Positions 10,669-19,781 of a DNA stretch of 64,000 bases are shown in pieces (positions within the stretch are counted from its first letter, which is position 1; each line of letters begins with the position of its first letter). Location: NCBI GenBank assembly GCA_947085325.1, contig CAMTVY010000013.1:14679-78678 (forward strand), in the 5' to 3' direction. The DNA is from an uncultured Gammaproteobacteria bacterium (lineage in GTDB: Bacteria; Pseudomonadota; Gammaproteobacteria; SURF-13). The notes under the pieces were generated by a model. The model was given only the letters and a program-made list of their open reading frames with translations. It ran no database searches and was not told the DNA's origin. Both the position numbers and the translations under genes were made by a program.

Positions 10669-11442
10669 TCAGTGCTGTAAAAACATGCTGAGGTCGCGCA
10701 TGAATGCCGCACCGTGCGAGAGAAAGGGCGCATGTCCGGCGCCAGCGATAACCGATAATTGCGCCTGCGGTAAATGTTCGGCGAGGTAGCGCTGGGCGGC
10801 AGGCGGCGTCAGGGTATCACGCTCGCCTGCCACCACCAGCGCCGGGCAATGAATGGCGTCGAGGTCGCGGCGCAGGTCGCTGTCGCGCAGCAGCGCGAGC
10901 CCCGCACCAAGTGCCGCCACGTCCGGTACGCCATGCCGGAACAACACGGTCTCCAGCCGCTGTTGCGTCGTGCGCGCGCCTTCGCTGCCGCGCAGTTGCA
11001 GCGCGAGGAAGCGGCGCAGGGTGGCGCGGTGATCGGCGGCCAGTGCGGCATGGAATTCGTCCAGCACCTGCGGCGCTACTGCGTGCAGCCAATCGGCTGC
11101 CTGTGTAAAGCGGGGCGTTGCGGTGACCAGCACCAGACTGCTGACCCGCGCAGGATGCAGCGCGGCGACCTGCATCGCCGCCAGTGCGCCCAGCGACCAG
11201 CCGATCCACACTGCCTGTGCCGGCGCCGCCTCGGCCAGCGCCTGTGCCAGCGCCGGCAGCGCATACGGGCCGACCGGCGCCGGGCTCCGGCCGTGACCGG
11301 GCAGGTCGATCAGCGTGACCCGGAACCGCTGCGCCAGCTGCGCAGCAGTCTCGTCCCATACGCCGCTGTGCAGGCCCCAGCCGTGCAACAGCACCAGATC
11401 AGGCCCCTGCTGCTGCCCTGCTGTTTGGCTAAACAGTTTCAT
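10669..11442 (-). CDS. bioH: pimeloyl-ACP methyl ester carboxylesterase
   Basis: 257-aa alpha/beta hydrolase with LVLLHGWG, the nucleophile elbow GWSLGA and a C-terminal GHAPFLSH. It lies between bioF and bioC. Confidence 0.85.
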   Translation of the reverse strand: MKLFSQTAGQQQGPDLVLLHGWGLHSGVWDETAAQLAQRFRVTLIDLPGHGRSPAPVGPYALPALAQALAEAAPAQAVWIGWSLGALAAMQVAALHPARVSSLVLVTATPRFTQAADWLHAVAPQVLDEFHAALAADHRATLRRFLALQLRGSEGARTTQQRLETVLFRHGVPDVAALGAGLALLRDSDLRRDLDAIHCPALVVAGERDTLTPPAAQRYLAEHLPQAQLSVIAGAGHAPFLSHGAAFMRDLSMFLQH

Positions 11443-12601
11443 GGGCTGTACAGGTTGCCGCCAGCGCTTCCAGCAACTGATCTATCTGCGCTTCGCTGTG
11501 GGCGCTGGAGAGGGTGATACGCAAACGCGCTGCCCCCTGCGGCACGGTCGGCGGACGGATGGCGCTGACCAGTATGCCGCGCGCAAGTAGTTGCTCGCTT
11601 AACGCCACCGCGTGTTCAGTGACGCCCATCAGTAGCGGTTGTATCGGCGTCTGCGAGGGCAGCAGCGGCAGCTTCAGTGCCGCAGCAGCTTGAGTAAAGC
11701 GCGCGATCAGTTGGTGCAGATGTTCGCGCCGCCACGGCTCGGCTTGTACAAGCCTGAGGCTGGCGCGGGTCGCCTCGGCGAGTGCAGGCGGCAGTGCCGT
11801 GGTGTAGATGTAGCTGCGCGCCTGTTGAATCAGGGTCTCGATCAGTTCCGCGCTGCCCGCGACGAAGGCGCCAAAGGTGCCGAAGGCCTTGCCCAGCGTG
11901 CCCATCAGCACCGGCACGTCGTTACTGTCCAAGCCAGCCTGCTCCAGTGTGCCGCCGCCGTGCGCGCCAAGTACGCCCAGCCCGTGCGCGTCGTCAAGCA
12001 TGAGCGGGATTTTATGCTTGCGCGCCAACGCTGCGAGTTGCGCCACGGGTGCGATGTCGCCGTCCATGCTGAACACGCCGTCGCTGGCGATGAGCGCTGC
12101 TTTACCGGTGCTGGTCGCAATCTTTTTTTCGAGCGCCGTTGTGTCCGCGTGCTGATAGCGTTGCAACCGTGCGCCCGACAACTGTGCGGCGTCGAGCAGC
12201 GAGGCGTGATTCAGGCGGTCTTGCAGCACTGTGTCGCCGCGCCCGGCGAGCGCGCCCATCACGCCGAGGTTGGCCATGTAGCCGGTGGAAAACAGTAGCG
12301 CGCGCGGGCGTTGGGTGAAGGCGGCGAGCTCTTCTTCGAGTGCATGGTGCGCGCGGCTGTGACCGCAGATCAGATGCGCCGCGCCGCTGCCCACGCCGTA
12401 GCGCGCCGCGCCTGCCTGCATGGCCTCAATCACCTGCGGGTGGTTGGCGAGGCCGAGATAGTCGTTGCTGCAAAAGTTGAGATAACGCCGCCCGTCGCTG
12501 ATGATCTCGGGGCCTTGCGGGCTCTCGATGATGCGCCGCGTGCGGTACAGGTGAGTGTCGCGGCGGCGCGCCAGCTCATCGTGCAGGTTTGTGTTCCTCA
12601 T
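11429..12601 (-). CDS. bioF: 8-amino-7-oxononanoate synthase
   Basis: PLP-dependent class II aminotransferase fold with SNDYLGL and the Lys region GTLGKAFG. I trimmed the start to ATG 12601 ([15 protein letters not shown]). The longer track ORF reads through repeat A1. Confidence 0.9.
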   Translation of the reverse strand: MRNTNLHDELARRRDTHLYRTRRIIESPQGPEIISDGRRYLNFCSNDYLGLANHPQVIEAMQAGAARYGVGSGAAHLICGHSRAHHALEEELAAFTQRPRALLFSTGYMANLGVMGALAGRGDTVLQDRLNHASLLDAAQLSGARLQRYQHADTTALEKKIATSTGKAALIASDGVFSMDGDIAPVAQLAALARKHKIPLMLDDAHGLGVLGAHGGGTLEQAGLDSNDVPVLMGTLGKAFGTFGAFVAGSAELIETLIQQARSYIYTTALPPALAEATRASLRLVQAEPWRREHLHQLIARFTQAAAALKLPLLPSQTPIQPLLMGVTEHAVALSEQLLARGILVSAIRPPTVPQGAARLRITLSSAHSEAQIDQLLEALAATCTAHETV

Positions 12602-12635
12602 GGGCTCATTAGTAAGGCTGCACTTTCCATCACGT

Positions 12636-12740
12636 GCCCGTCCCCCCTGTTCAGGGGGCGGGACAGGGTGGGGGTAGGGTAAACAGGGTGTTATCAGGAG
12701 ACACACCGTAAACAGTGTATTCTTGACTTGGTGTCTCCTG
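12636..12740. repeat. family A structured repeat, copy 1 (bioB-bioF intergenic)
   Basis: About 105 bp and about 85% identical to 36513-36616. It contains hairpin CCCGTCCCCC/GGGGGCGGG, the G-run tract GGGGGCGGGACAGGGTGGGGGTAGGG and the stem CAGGAGACAC...GTGTCTCCTG. Confidence 0.85.
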
Positions 12741-12742
12741 GT

Positions 12743-13672
12743 TCAAGCCGGACACATCCCCAGCTTTTCCAGCAGTGCACGATCGCGCTGTGCTTCGGGG
12801 TTGCCGGTGGTGAGCAGCTTGTCGCCGTAGAAAATCGAGTTGGCGCCCGCGAGAAAACACAGCGCCTGCACGGCTTCCGACATCTGCTCGCGCCCGGCCG
12901 AGAGGCGCACCCAACTACGCGGCAGCGTGATGCGCGCAGCGGCGATGGTGCGCACAAATTCGAGCGGGTCCAGCGTCTCTGTGCCGTGCAGCGGCGTGCC
13001 TTCCACCTGCACCAGATTGTTGATCGGAACGCTCTCCGGCGGCGGGTCGAGGCTGGCCAGTTGCGCGATCAGTCCGGCGCGTTCACGGCGTGACTCGCCC
13101 ATGCCGACAATGCCGCCGCAGCAGACGCGCAGGCCGGCGTTGCGCACCTTCTCCAGCGTATCGAGGCGATCGTCATAGTCGCGCGTGGAAATGATCGTGC
13201 CGTACAATTCCGGCGCGGTGTCGAGATTGTGGTTGTAGTAATCGAGGCCCGCCTGCTGCAACTGTTCGGCCTGCCCCTCGCGCAGCATGCCGAGCGTGGC
13301 GCAGGTTTCCAGCCCCAGCGCACGCACGCCCTTTACCATTTCAAGCACGGGCAGCAGGTCTTTGTCTTTCGGGCCGCGCCAGGCGGCCCCCATGCAGAAG
13401 CGCGTGGCGCCGTTCGATTTGGCCGCGCGCGCGGCCTCCAGTACGGCCTCCAGCGGCAGCACATCCTCGTTCTCTACGCCGGTGTGAAAGCGCGCCGCCT
13501 GCGGGCAGTAGCCGCAATCCTCCGGGCAGCCGCCGGTCTTGATTGACAGCAGGGTGGAGAGTTGCACGCTGTTGGCATCGAAGTGCTCACGGTGCACGCA
13601 TTGGGCGCGGTAGAGCAAGTCGTTGAAGGGCAGGTTCAACAGGGTTTCGACGTCTTGTGGCGTAGGTTTCAT
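12743..13672 (-). CDS. bioB: biotin synthase (radical SAM)
   Basis: 309 aa with the radical-SAM cluster motif [10 protein letters not shown]. It is BioB-like over its full length and is the first gene of the bio operon. Confidence 0.95.
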   Translation of the reverse strand: MKPTPQDVETLLNLPFNDLLYRAQCVHREHFDANSVQLSTLLSIKTGGCPEDCGYCPQAARFHTGVENEDVLPLEAVLEAARAAKSNGATRFCMGAAWRGPKDKDLLPVLEMVKGVRALGLETCATLGMLREGQAEQLQQAGLDYYNHNLDTAPELYGTIISTRDYDDRLDTLEKVRNAGLRVCCGGIVGMGESRRERAGLIAQLASLDPPPESVPINNLVQVEGTPLHGTETLDPLEFVRTIAAARITLPRSWVRLSAGREQMSEAVQALCFLAGANSIFYGDKLLTTGNPEAQRDRALLEKLGMCPA

Positions 13673-13748
13673 CGGGGCTGCTACACTGGCTAGGGTAGGC
13701 CTCGCATCATAAACGCTTGCGGATGACTGTCAACCAAGGGCACGGTAT

Positions 13749-14462
13749 GTGGTAAACAACTGGCTAAAAGATGTGCACGCCTGGCTGTTGCCGCCGGTGT
13801 GCGTGCTGTGCGCCGCCCGGGGTGACGACGGACGTGATCTGTGCGCGGCCTGCCGTGAGAGTCTGCCTTACACCGCCACGGCCTGCGTGCGGTGTGCGCT
13901 GCCGCTGCCGTCTGGCAGCGAGGGCCAGGAGTGTGGCGAGTGCCAGCGCCACGCCCCGGACTATGACCGGGGCTACAGCCTGCTGCGTTATGAGCCCCCG
14001 GCGGATCAACTCATACAGCGTCTGAAATTCAAGGCCCGCCTGCCGTTGGCGCGTCTGCTGGGTGAGTTGATGGCGGAGCAGCTTGCCCGGCGTACGCACA
14101 CGTGGCCGGAGTGCATCATCCCCGTGCCGCTGCACCGCGCCCGCTTGCGTGAGCGCGGCTTCAATCAGGCGTTGGAGATCGCACGCCCGCTGGCGCGCCG
14201 GCTCAACATCCCCCTGGATTACCGCAGTTGCGCGCGGGTGCGCCACACCGCCGTGCAGTCACTGTTGCCTGCGGCGGCGCGGCACAAAAATATCAAGGGC
14301 GCGTTTCAGATGACTCGGCCCCTCTTGGCCCACCATGTGGCGCTGGTAGATGACGTGATGACCACCGGCCACACGCTGCGGGAGTGTGCCGCGACCTTGC
14401 GTAAATCCGGTGTGGAACAGATCGAGGTGTGGGTGGTGGCGCGGGCGGCGCTGCGTGGTTAA
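13749..14462 (+). CDS. ComF-family phosphoribosyltransferase-like protein
   Basis: 237 aa with a GTG start. N-terminal Cys pairs (CVLC..CAAC, CVRC..CGEC) suggest a zinc finger. The C-terminus has the PRTase motif VALVDDVMTTGHT. Confidence 0.8.
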   Translation: MVNNWLKDVHAWLLPPVCVLCAARGDDGRDLCAACRESLPYTATACVRCALPLPSGSEGQECGECQRHAPDYDRGYSLLRYEPPADQLIQRLKFKARLPLARLLGELMAEQLARRTHTWPECIIPVPLHRARLRERGFNQALEIARPLARRLNIPLDYRSCARVRHTAVQSLLPAAARHKNIKGAFQMTRPLLAHHVALVDDVMTTGHTLRECAATLRKSGVEQIEVWVVARAALRG

Positions 14463-15193
14463 GACAGCACTGCGCCGTCCGCAAATACCTCGCGATATGC
14501 GATGTAACACGAGGCCAAGGTCAGCGGCAGCAGCAGCAGCCAGCCCAGCAGCAGCGGGAGGGAGGCCAGCAGCGCCAGCACAACGTAGATCAGCCCATAG
14601 ACCAGAAACGGGGCCCAGTTGGCGGCCACCGCAAAGAAGCTTGCCTTGAGTGCTGCCACCGGCGCATGCCCGCCGAGGCACACCAGCGGCACAGCAAAGG
14701 CGTAGGCCATGAACAGCGGCAGGCTGAGCAGCAGCAAGAACAGCAGGGCCGCGAGGCCGCCTTGCACGACGTTCAGCATCATGGCGGGCGACATCTCGCC
14801 GTGCGACAGAATGCCGCCCATCAGCACGCTGCCGATGACCGTGCCGCTGACTACGAGGCCGACAAGCACGACGATGATGATCGCGGCGCCCAGGAAAATC
14901 AGCCCCAGAATCAGCAGCGGCTGTGTGCGCTCGCGCAAGCCGCTGAACAAGGTGTCGAAAGCTGCCTCCTGCGCGTGGTGCAGGCGGTCGAACGTGGTAA
15001 ACAGGCCGGCGGCGAGCACCACCATCATGATCAGGGCAGCGAAGCCACCCAGCAGCGGCACCAGATTCAGCGCGGCAACGATCAACAGCAGGATAAGCGT
15101 CATGCCTACCAGCAGCCCCGGCCGCCGCATGAACAGCGCCCAGCCTTCGGTAAGCCATGCCACGCCGCGTTCAGCAGTTGCCTTTTTATGCAT
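14459..15193 (-). CDS. multi-pass inner-membrane protein of unknown function
   Basis: I trimmed the ORF to ATG 15193 (MHKKATAERGVAWLTEGWALF). It has several long hydrophobic segments. I cannot verify a family assignment without a search. Confidence 0.6.
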   Translation of the reverse strand: MHKKATAERGVAWLTEGWALFMRRPGLLVGMTLILLLIVAALNLVPLLGGFAALIMMVVLAAGLFTTFDRLHHAQEAAFDTLFSGLRERTQPLLILGLIFLGAAIIIVVLVGLVVSGTVIGSVLMGGILSHGEMSPAMMLNVVQGGLAALLFLLLLSLPLFMAYAFAVPLVCLGGHAPVAALKASFFAVAANWAPFLVYGLIYVVLALLASLPLLLGWLLLLPLTLASCYIAYREVFADGAVLS

Positions 15194-15230
15194 CGTTACG
15201 TCTCCTCCACCATCCGGCATTTAGTTACGA

Positions 15231-15806
15231 CTAACCGCTGTCGGTGACCAGCCTGGCCTTATAGCCTATCGCCGCCGCAATCCCCGCGAGCAGCAGGCCG
15301 AGCAGAATCAGCGACGGGCCGATATAACCCACCGGGCTGGCCAGCAGCGCCTCAGCCCACGGCAGGCCGAGCGCCACTGCCAGATACAGCAGGCCCGAGT
15401 GGCCGAGCGCGCCGATGATGAACGTCCAACTGATGATTTGCTTGAACAGCAGCGGCACGGCGAGAAACCCGAGCACAATGCCAACCACAATATTCAGCAA
15501 CGCCTCCAGGTTGCCGTGCGTGTGTGGCCCGCCCTTGATGGCGTCGATCGGCGCTTCGCTGTTGAGGTTGGCCGAGAGGGCGAGCAAGGCAGCGGTGTTG
15601 GCCTTGGCGATCTGCTCCGCGCTCATCGGCTCAAGATCGACCTCGAAGCCGTTCGCCGCCGCTACTTGCAGCGCCCCCAGCGTTTGCTGCTTGGCCGCCT
15701 CGGCCACGGCCACGTCGCCGAAGTAATTCAGAATCATCACCGGCCCCAGCGCCGCCGTGAACACCAGATAAATAAAACCGAACACGATATTCTTTTTGCC
15801 GATCAT
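15231..15806 (-). CDS. hypothetical 4-TM membrane protein
   Basis: 191-aa ORF with four hydrophobic helices and an Ala-rich soluble loop carrying a HTHGNLEAL motif. I recognise no family. Confidence 0.55.
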   Translation of the reverse strand: MIGKKNIVFGFIYLVFTAALGPVMILNYFGDVAVAEAAKQQTLGALQVAAANGFEVDLEPMSAEQIAKANTAALLALSANLNSEAPIDAIKGGPHTHGNLEALLNIVVGIVLGFLAVPLLFKQIISWTFIIGALGHSGLLYLAVALGLPWAEALLASPVGYIGPSLILLGLLLAGIAAAIGYKARLVTDSG

Positions 15807-15923
15807 GGGTCGCCTCCGCGAGAATGATGCCGAAAGAATACATTAGCATGGAATGCACCGGCACCGGTGCTGCACGAGGCGCTGGCGTACCGTCCTTGCT
15901 GATATCCGAGGTAGCGATGCACG

Positions 15924-16607
15924 CTAGCGGATGAGAAATATCAGATCCCACACTGCCCGGCCTTCGCGTACCGCGCGCCGCTCAAACTTGGAGGGCGGGC
16001 GTTCGCTGCGGCCGGCATAAAAGCCTGACGGAGAGGCATTGACGAGCGCCGGTACCGCATTCAGCACCTCCAGCATCTGCGTAGCATAGTCTTCCCAGTC
16101 GGTGCAGAGATGAAAGCGTCCGCCGTGCCGGAGTTTATTTGCAATAAGCGTAACAAAGGCGGGCTGCACGATGCGTCGCTTGTGGTGGCGACGCTTGGGC
16201 CACGGGTCGGGAAAAAACAGGTGCACTGCGTCAAACACGGTAGCGGGCAAATACAGCTGCAACACCTCTACCGCATCGGCGCACACCACGCGCACGTTGG
16301 TGCTCTGCTGATCTGCGAGCAGTCGCAACAGATTGCCGACACCGGGACGGTGCACTTCGATGCCGAGAAAATCCTGCTCTGGATGCGCGCGCGCCATCTC
16401 CGCCAGCGCATCGCCCATACCAAAACCTATCTCCAGCACCCGGGGGGCGCTGCGCCCGAACAGCAGGTCGAGACTGATCGGCACGCCGGTGAATTCGACA
16501 CCGTAGTCTTGCCATAGGGTGTCCAGTGCCGTGCGCTGGGCAGTGGTGATGCGTCCCTGGCGCAGCACAAAGCTGCGCACAGGCCGGATATGCCCGGCTT
16601 CCTTCAC
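15924..16607 (-). CDS. trmB: tRNA (guanine46-N7)-methyltransferase
   Basis: 227 aa with LEIGFGMG and FFPDPWPKRRHHKRR. It lies downstream of thiG, as in Pseudomonas. Confidence 0.92.
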   Translation of the reverse strand: MKEAGHIRPVRSFVLRQGRITTAQRTALDTLWQDYGVEFTGVPISLDLLFGRSAPRVLEIGFGMGDALAEMARAHPEQDFLGIEVHRPGVGNLLRLLADQQSTNVRVVCADAVEVLQLYLPATVFDAVHLFFPDPWPKRRHHKRRIVQPAFVTLIANKLRHGGRFHLCTDWEDYATQMLEVLNAVPALVNASPSGFYAGRSERPPSKFERRAVREGRAVWDLIFLIR

Positions 16608-16610
16608 GCG

Positions 16611-17423
16611 TTAGAAAAACAGGCCGTCCAGCGGCGATGACGCGCTGGCGTACAGCTTGCGCGGCATGCGTCCGGCGCGATACGCTTCGCGCCCGGCCTC
16701 GACCGCCTTCTTCATGGCGCTGGCCATCAGCACGGGGTCTTTCGCCGCCGCGATGGCGGTATTCATAAGCACGCCGTCGCAGCCCAGCTCCATCGCAATC
16801 GCCGCGTCCGATGCCGTGCCCACGCCCGCGTCCACCAGTATCGGCACCGTGGCATTTTCGATGATGAGGCGGATGTTGTAGGGGTTGCGGATGCCAAGCC
16901 CGGAGCCGATAGGCGCCGCCAGCGGCATCACTGCCACACAGCCCATGTCCTCCAGCCGCTTGGCGATGATAGGGTCGTCAGTGGTATACACCATGACCTG
17001 AAAGCCCTCCTTGATGAGGGTGGCGGCGGCCTCCAGCGTGGCAGTGATGTCCGGAAACAGGGTCTTCTCGTCGCCCAGCACTTCGAGCTTTACCAGGCTG
17101 CGGCCATCGAGCAGTTCACGCGCGAGGCGGCAGGTGCGCACCGCGTCGGCGGCGGTGTAGCAGCCGGCGGTGTTGGGCAGAATCGTGTAGCGATCCGGCG
17201 GCAGCACGTCGAGCAGGCTCGGCTCGTTCGGATGCTGGCCGATGTTGGTGCGGCGCAGTGCCACGGTGACGATCTCGGCGCCGCTGGCTTCCGTTGCGCG
17301 CCGCGTTTGTTCGAGATCGCGGTATTTGCCGCTGCCGACCAGCAGCCGCGAGCGGTAGGGTACGCCGGCGATGACGAGCGGATCGTGACTGACGGCGGGT
17401 GCGGTGTCCGGTAACGCGCTCAT
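16611..17423 (-). CDS. thiG: thiazole synthase
   Basis: 270-aa TIM-barrel ThiG-like sequence ([20 protein letters not shown]) in a thiS-linked context. Confidence 0.93.
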   Translation of the reverse strand: MSALPDTAPAVSHDPLVIAGVPYRSRLLVGSGKYRDLEQTRRATEASGAEIVTVALRRTNIGQHPNEPSLLDVLPPDRYTILPNTAGCYTAADAVRTCRLARELLDGRSLVKLEVLGDEKTLFPDITATLEAAATLIKEGFQVMVYTTDDPIIAKRLEDMGCVAVMPLAAPIGSGLGIRNPYNIRLIIENATVPILVDAGVGTASDAAIAMELGCDGVLMNTAIAAAKDPVLMASAMKKAVEAGREAYRAGRMPRKLYASASSPLDGLFF

Positions 17424-17448
17424 GGCTATGGGTTTCTCGATGAAGGAA

Positions 17449-17841
17449 TTACAGCGCGTTCAGCACGCGCTCAAGCCGCTGCCGTACTTCGTTCGCGACC
17501 TCATGCACGACAGGTTTGTCCACCAGTTCGAGCACGGCGTTGGGATCCATGATCTCCACCTGCACCTTGCCGGCGTCATCTTCACGCACTACCACGTTGC
17601 ACGGCAGCAGCAGGCCGATGGAGGGTTCCGCTTCCAGCGCGCGGTGCGCGAGTGGAGGATTGCAGGCGCCGAGAATGCGGTAAGGCGGCATGTCCTGGTT
17701 CAGTTTCTTTTTCAGGGTGGCGGCGACGTCGATGTCGGTGAGTATGCCGAAGCCTTCCTTTTGCAGCTCTTCGGTGGTGCGTGCTATGGCCGTATCGAAG
17801 GTCAGGTTGACTGTTTTTCCAAATCCGTATTTGTTTTTCAT
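17449..17841 (-). CDS. DUF302-domain protein
   Basis: 130-aa ORF. Its size and sequence ([26 protein letters not shown]) match my recollection of DUF302. Confidence 0.7.
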   Translation of the reverse strand: MKNKYGFGKTVNLTFDTAIARTTEELQKEGFGILTDIDVAATLKKKLNQDMPPYRILGACNPPLAHRALEAEPSIGLLLPCNVVVREDDAGKVQVEIMDPNAVLELVDKPVVHEVANEVRQRLERVLNAL

Positions 17842-17856
17842 GGCAATACCTCCTGC

Positions 17857-18057
17857 TTAGCCGCCACCGATGGCGTGTACGATCTCTACCCGGTCGCCGG
17901 GATTCAGGTGTTGCGCCGCGTAGGCGCTGCGCGGCACGATCTCACAGTTGATCTCCAGTGCCAGGCGCTTTTCCAGCAGGCCGAGCTCTGCAAGCAACTG
18001 ATATGCGCTATGGCCTGCGGAAACTTCGCGGGGCGCGCCATTGACAAATATTTCCAT
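17857..18057 (-). CDS. thiS: sulfur-carrier protein ThiS
   Basis: 66 aa ending in the diagnostic C-terminal GG (..VEIVHAIGGG). Ubiquitin-like size. Confidence 0.9.
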   Translation of the reverse strand: MEIFVNGAPREVSAGHSAYQLLAELGLLEKRLALEINCEIVPRSAYAAQHLNPGDRVEIVHAIGGG

Positions 18058-18228
18058 AAAAATAACGTTGGGGCTCGGGGGGTTGTCCCGGGCGGTACAG
18101 GCCGGAAGGCGGCGACAAGACTGCCCGTCTATTTTGAAGGGTTAAGGCCCGGGGTGCAATGGGTGAGAGCCTGCGGCGGGGCAGTTGTGCTAAGCTTTTA
18201 CCGGGTACAGTTTTCCGAGCCCCAGGCT

Positions 18229-18302
18229 GCGGGTGTAGTTCAATGGTAGAACTTCAGCTTCCCAAGCTGATAGTGTGGGTTCGATTCCCATCACCCGCTC
18301 CA
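18229..18302 (+). tRNA. tRNA-Gly, anticodon CCC, genomically encoded CCA
   Basis: I hand-folded GCGGGTG..CACCCGC as the acceptor stem, GTTC/GAAC as the D stem and TCAGC-TTCCCAA-GCTGA as the anticodon arm. The T loop is GGTTCGATTCC and the 3' end is TCCA. Confidence 0.92.
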
Positions 18303-18311
18303 AATTACAAC

Positions 18312-18391
18312 AGTAGCGAGTGGCTAGTGGCGAGTAGCGAGTAACAGAGACGGTCTTGTCACTAGCCACTAGCTACTCGCCACTAGCTACT
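18312..18391. repeat. long imperfect hairpin whose arms are tandem heptamers (AGTRGCK)n
   Basis: The left arm is AGTAGCGAGTGGCTAGTGGCGAGTAGCGAGT. The right arm is ACTAGCCACTAGCTACTCGCCACTAGCTACT. In my alignment 25 of 31 positions are complementary. It starts 10 nt after the tRNA. Confidence 0.8.
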
Positions 18392-18400
18392 GTATTTAAT

Positions 18401-19222
18401 ATGGAAACAATCATACGCCTCGGCAGCTTTACCACCCTGTTTATTCTGGTCGCGTGGTGGGAGACACGCCGCCCGCGACGGCCATTGACTGAGCCAAGAG
18501 CCGGCCACTGGCGCACCAATCTCGCCTTGCTGGTCACCGATGTTCTGGTGTTGCGCTTCACGCTCGGTGCGGCGGCGCTGGTGACCGCCGAGTATGCGCT
18601 CCAGCATGGCTGGGGTTGGTTTAACAGCGTTGATTGGCCGGTCTGGCTGGAGTTTTTGCTGGCGTGGCTGTTGCTCGATTTTGCGCTGTATTTGCAGCAT
18701 GTGTTGTCGCATGCGCTGCCTGTTTTCTGGCGGCTGCACCGTGTCCACCATACCGATCTGGATTTTGATCTCAGCACCGGCGTGCGCTTTCATCCGCTGG
18801 AGATTCTGCTCTCCATGCTCTACAAGATGGCGGCGGTGGCAGCGCTCGGCGCACCGGTGTGGGCGGTGCTGGTGTTTGAGGTGGTATTGAACGGCGCTTC
18901 GGTGTTCAATCATGGCAACGTGCATATCCCGGAGAAAATAGACCGCTGGCTGCGATTGTTTGTAGTAACGCCGGACATGCACCGTGTGCACCACTCCAGT
19001 ACAGTGCACGAAACCAACTCCAACTTCGGATTTTCCATTCCCCTGTGGGATCGGCTGTGCGGCACCTACCGTGCACAGCCGGCCCTGGGGCAGCAGGGCT
19101 TTGAAATCGGGCTGAAGGAATACCGTGAGCGCCTCGGCTTCGGCGCACTGTTGTGGGTGCCCTTCCATCGCCCGCCGGGGCAGTATAGTCTGCGGCGGGA
19201 CGGCGGCGACAGCGGGCCATGA
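18401..19222 (+). CDS. fatty-acid hydroxylase / sterol desaturase superfamily membrane protein
   Basis: Histidine boxes HVLSH, HRVHH and HRVHH. I moved the start to ATG 18401 (METIIRLGSF) because the track start lies inside the hairpin repeat. Confidence 0.8.
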   Translation: METIIRLGSFTTLFILVAWWETRRPRRPLTEPRAGHWRTNLALLVTDVLVLRFTLGAAALVTAEYALQHGWGWFNSVDWPVWLEFLLAWLLLDFALYLQHVLSHALPVFWRLHRVHHTDLDFDLSTGVRFHPLEILLSMLYKMAAVAALGAPVWAVLVFEVVLNGASVFNHGNVHIPEKIDRWLRLFVVTPDMHRVHHSSTVHETNSNFGFSIPLWDRLCGTYRAQPALGQQGFEIGLKEYRERLGFGALLWVPFHRPPGQYSLRRDGGDSGP

Positions 19223-19719
19223 AACTGATTCTGATGCGTCACGCCGACGCCGAGCCGGGCGATACCGTGCATTACCCCGACGATGCACTGCGGCCGCTCA
19301 CAGCGGAAGGCATCAAGACACAGAAAAAGGTGGCGCAGGCATTGAAGCGCATGGGCGTCATGCCGACGCGTATTTTTACCAGCCCACGCCTGCGCGCGCA
19401 GAAAACGGCGGAAATCACCGCGCAGGTGCTGGGGTTGGGCCCGGTTCCGGAAGAAAGAGATGTGCTGGGCGGCGGCGGCTCGGTCAGCGACATGCTGGCG
19501 TTGTTGCGCGGTTCCGGAGGCAAGGCAACACTGCTCTGTGTGGGGCACGAGCCGGATTTATGTGCGTTGGCCAGCGTATTGTTGTGCTCCGCAGGTGCGC
19601 TACGCTTCAAATTAGTCACCAGCGGGATACTGGTTATCGGCTTTGAGGGCGAGGCCCGTGTCGGACAAGGCGTGTTGCGTTGTCTTTACCGGCCGCAGGA
19701 TATAATCGCATTGCTGTGA
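19219..19719 (+). CDS. sixA: phosphohistidine phosphatase SixA
   Basis: 166 aa with N-terminal MKLILMRHADAE (the RHG-phosphatase catalytic motif). Size is typical of SixA. Confidence 0.85.
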   Translation: MKLILMRHADAEPGDTVHYPDDALRPLTAEGIKTQKKVAQALKRMGVMPTRIFTSPRLRAQKTAEITAQVLGLGPVPEERDVLGGGGSVSDMLALLRGSGGKATLLCVGHEPDLCALASVLLCSAGALRFKLVTSGILVIGFEGEARVGQGVLRCLYRPQDIIALL

Positions 19720-19725
19720 GGAGGT

Positions 19726-19757
19726 AAAAAAACGCGGACACCCGTTAAGGTGTCCGC
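19726..19757 (-). terminator. Rho-independent terminator of the porin gene (probably bidirectional)
   Basis: GCGGACACC-CGTTAA-GGTGTCCGC is preceded by A7 on the plus strand, which reads as a U7 tail on the minus strand. It lies between the convergent sixA and porin genes. Confidence 0.8.
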
Positions 19758-19781
19758 TGCAAGCCAGGGCAACGTGAGAAC

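Noticed and set aside
12602-12706. Longer bioF start ([22 protein letters not shown]..), and similarly the 18356 start of the hydroxylase and the 35989 start of the DUF971 gene
   Set aside because: The extra codons are read straight through intergenic repeat elements (family A, the heptamer hairpin, family B). Internal ATGs give canonical N-termini.
13673-13748. BirA operator (bioO) upstream of bioB
   Set aside because: I could not find the TGTAAACC..GGTTTACA-type inverted repeat. Only a single TGTCAACC half-like site is present.
14259-15247. 299-aa (-), 272-aa (+) and 171-aa (+) ORFs overlapping 14459-15193
   Set aside because: These are alternative frames and strands of the hydrophobic membrane-protein gene. 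Their translations are Arg/Gln/Ala low-complexity.
18058-18228. Possible TPP (THI-box) riboswitch upstream of thiS
   Set aside because: GGGGTGC and TGAGAG occur, but on the plus strand, which is the wrong strand for thiS. The minus strand lacks CUGAGA and ACCUGAUCUGGAUAAUGCCAGCG-like elements. No convincing THI-box fold could be drawn.
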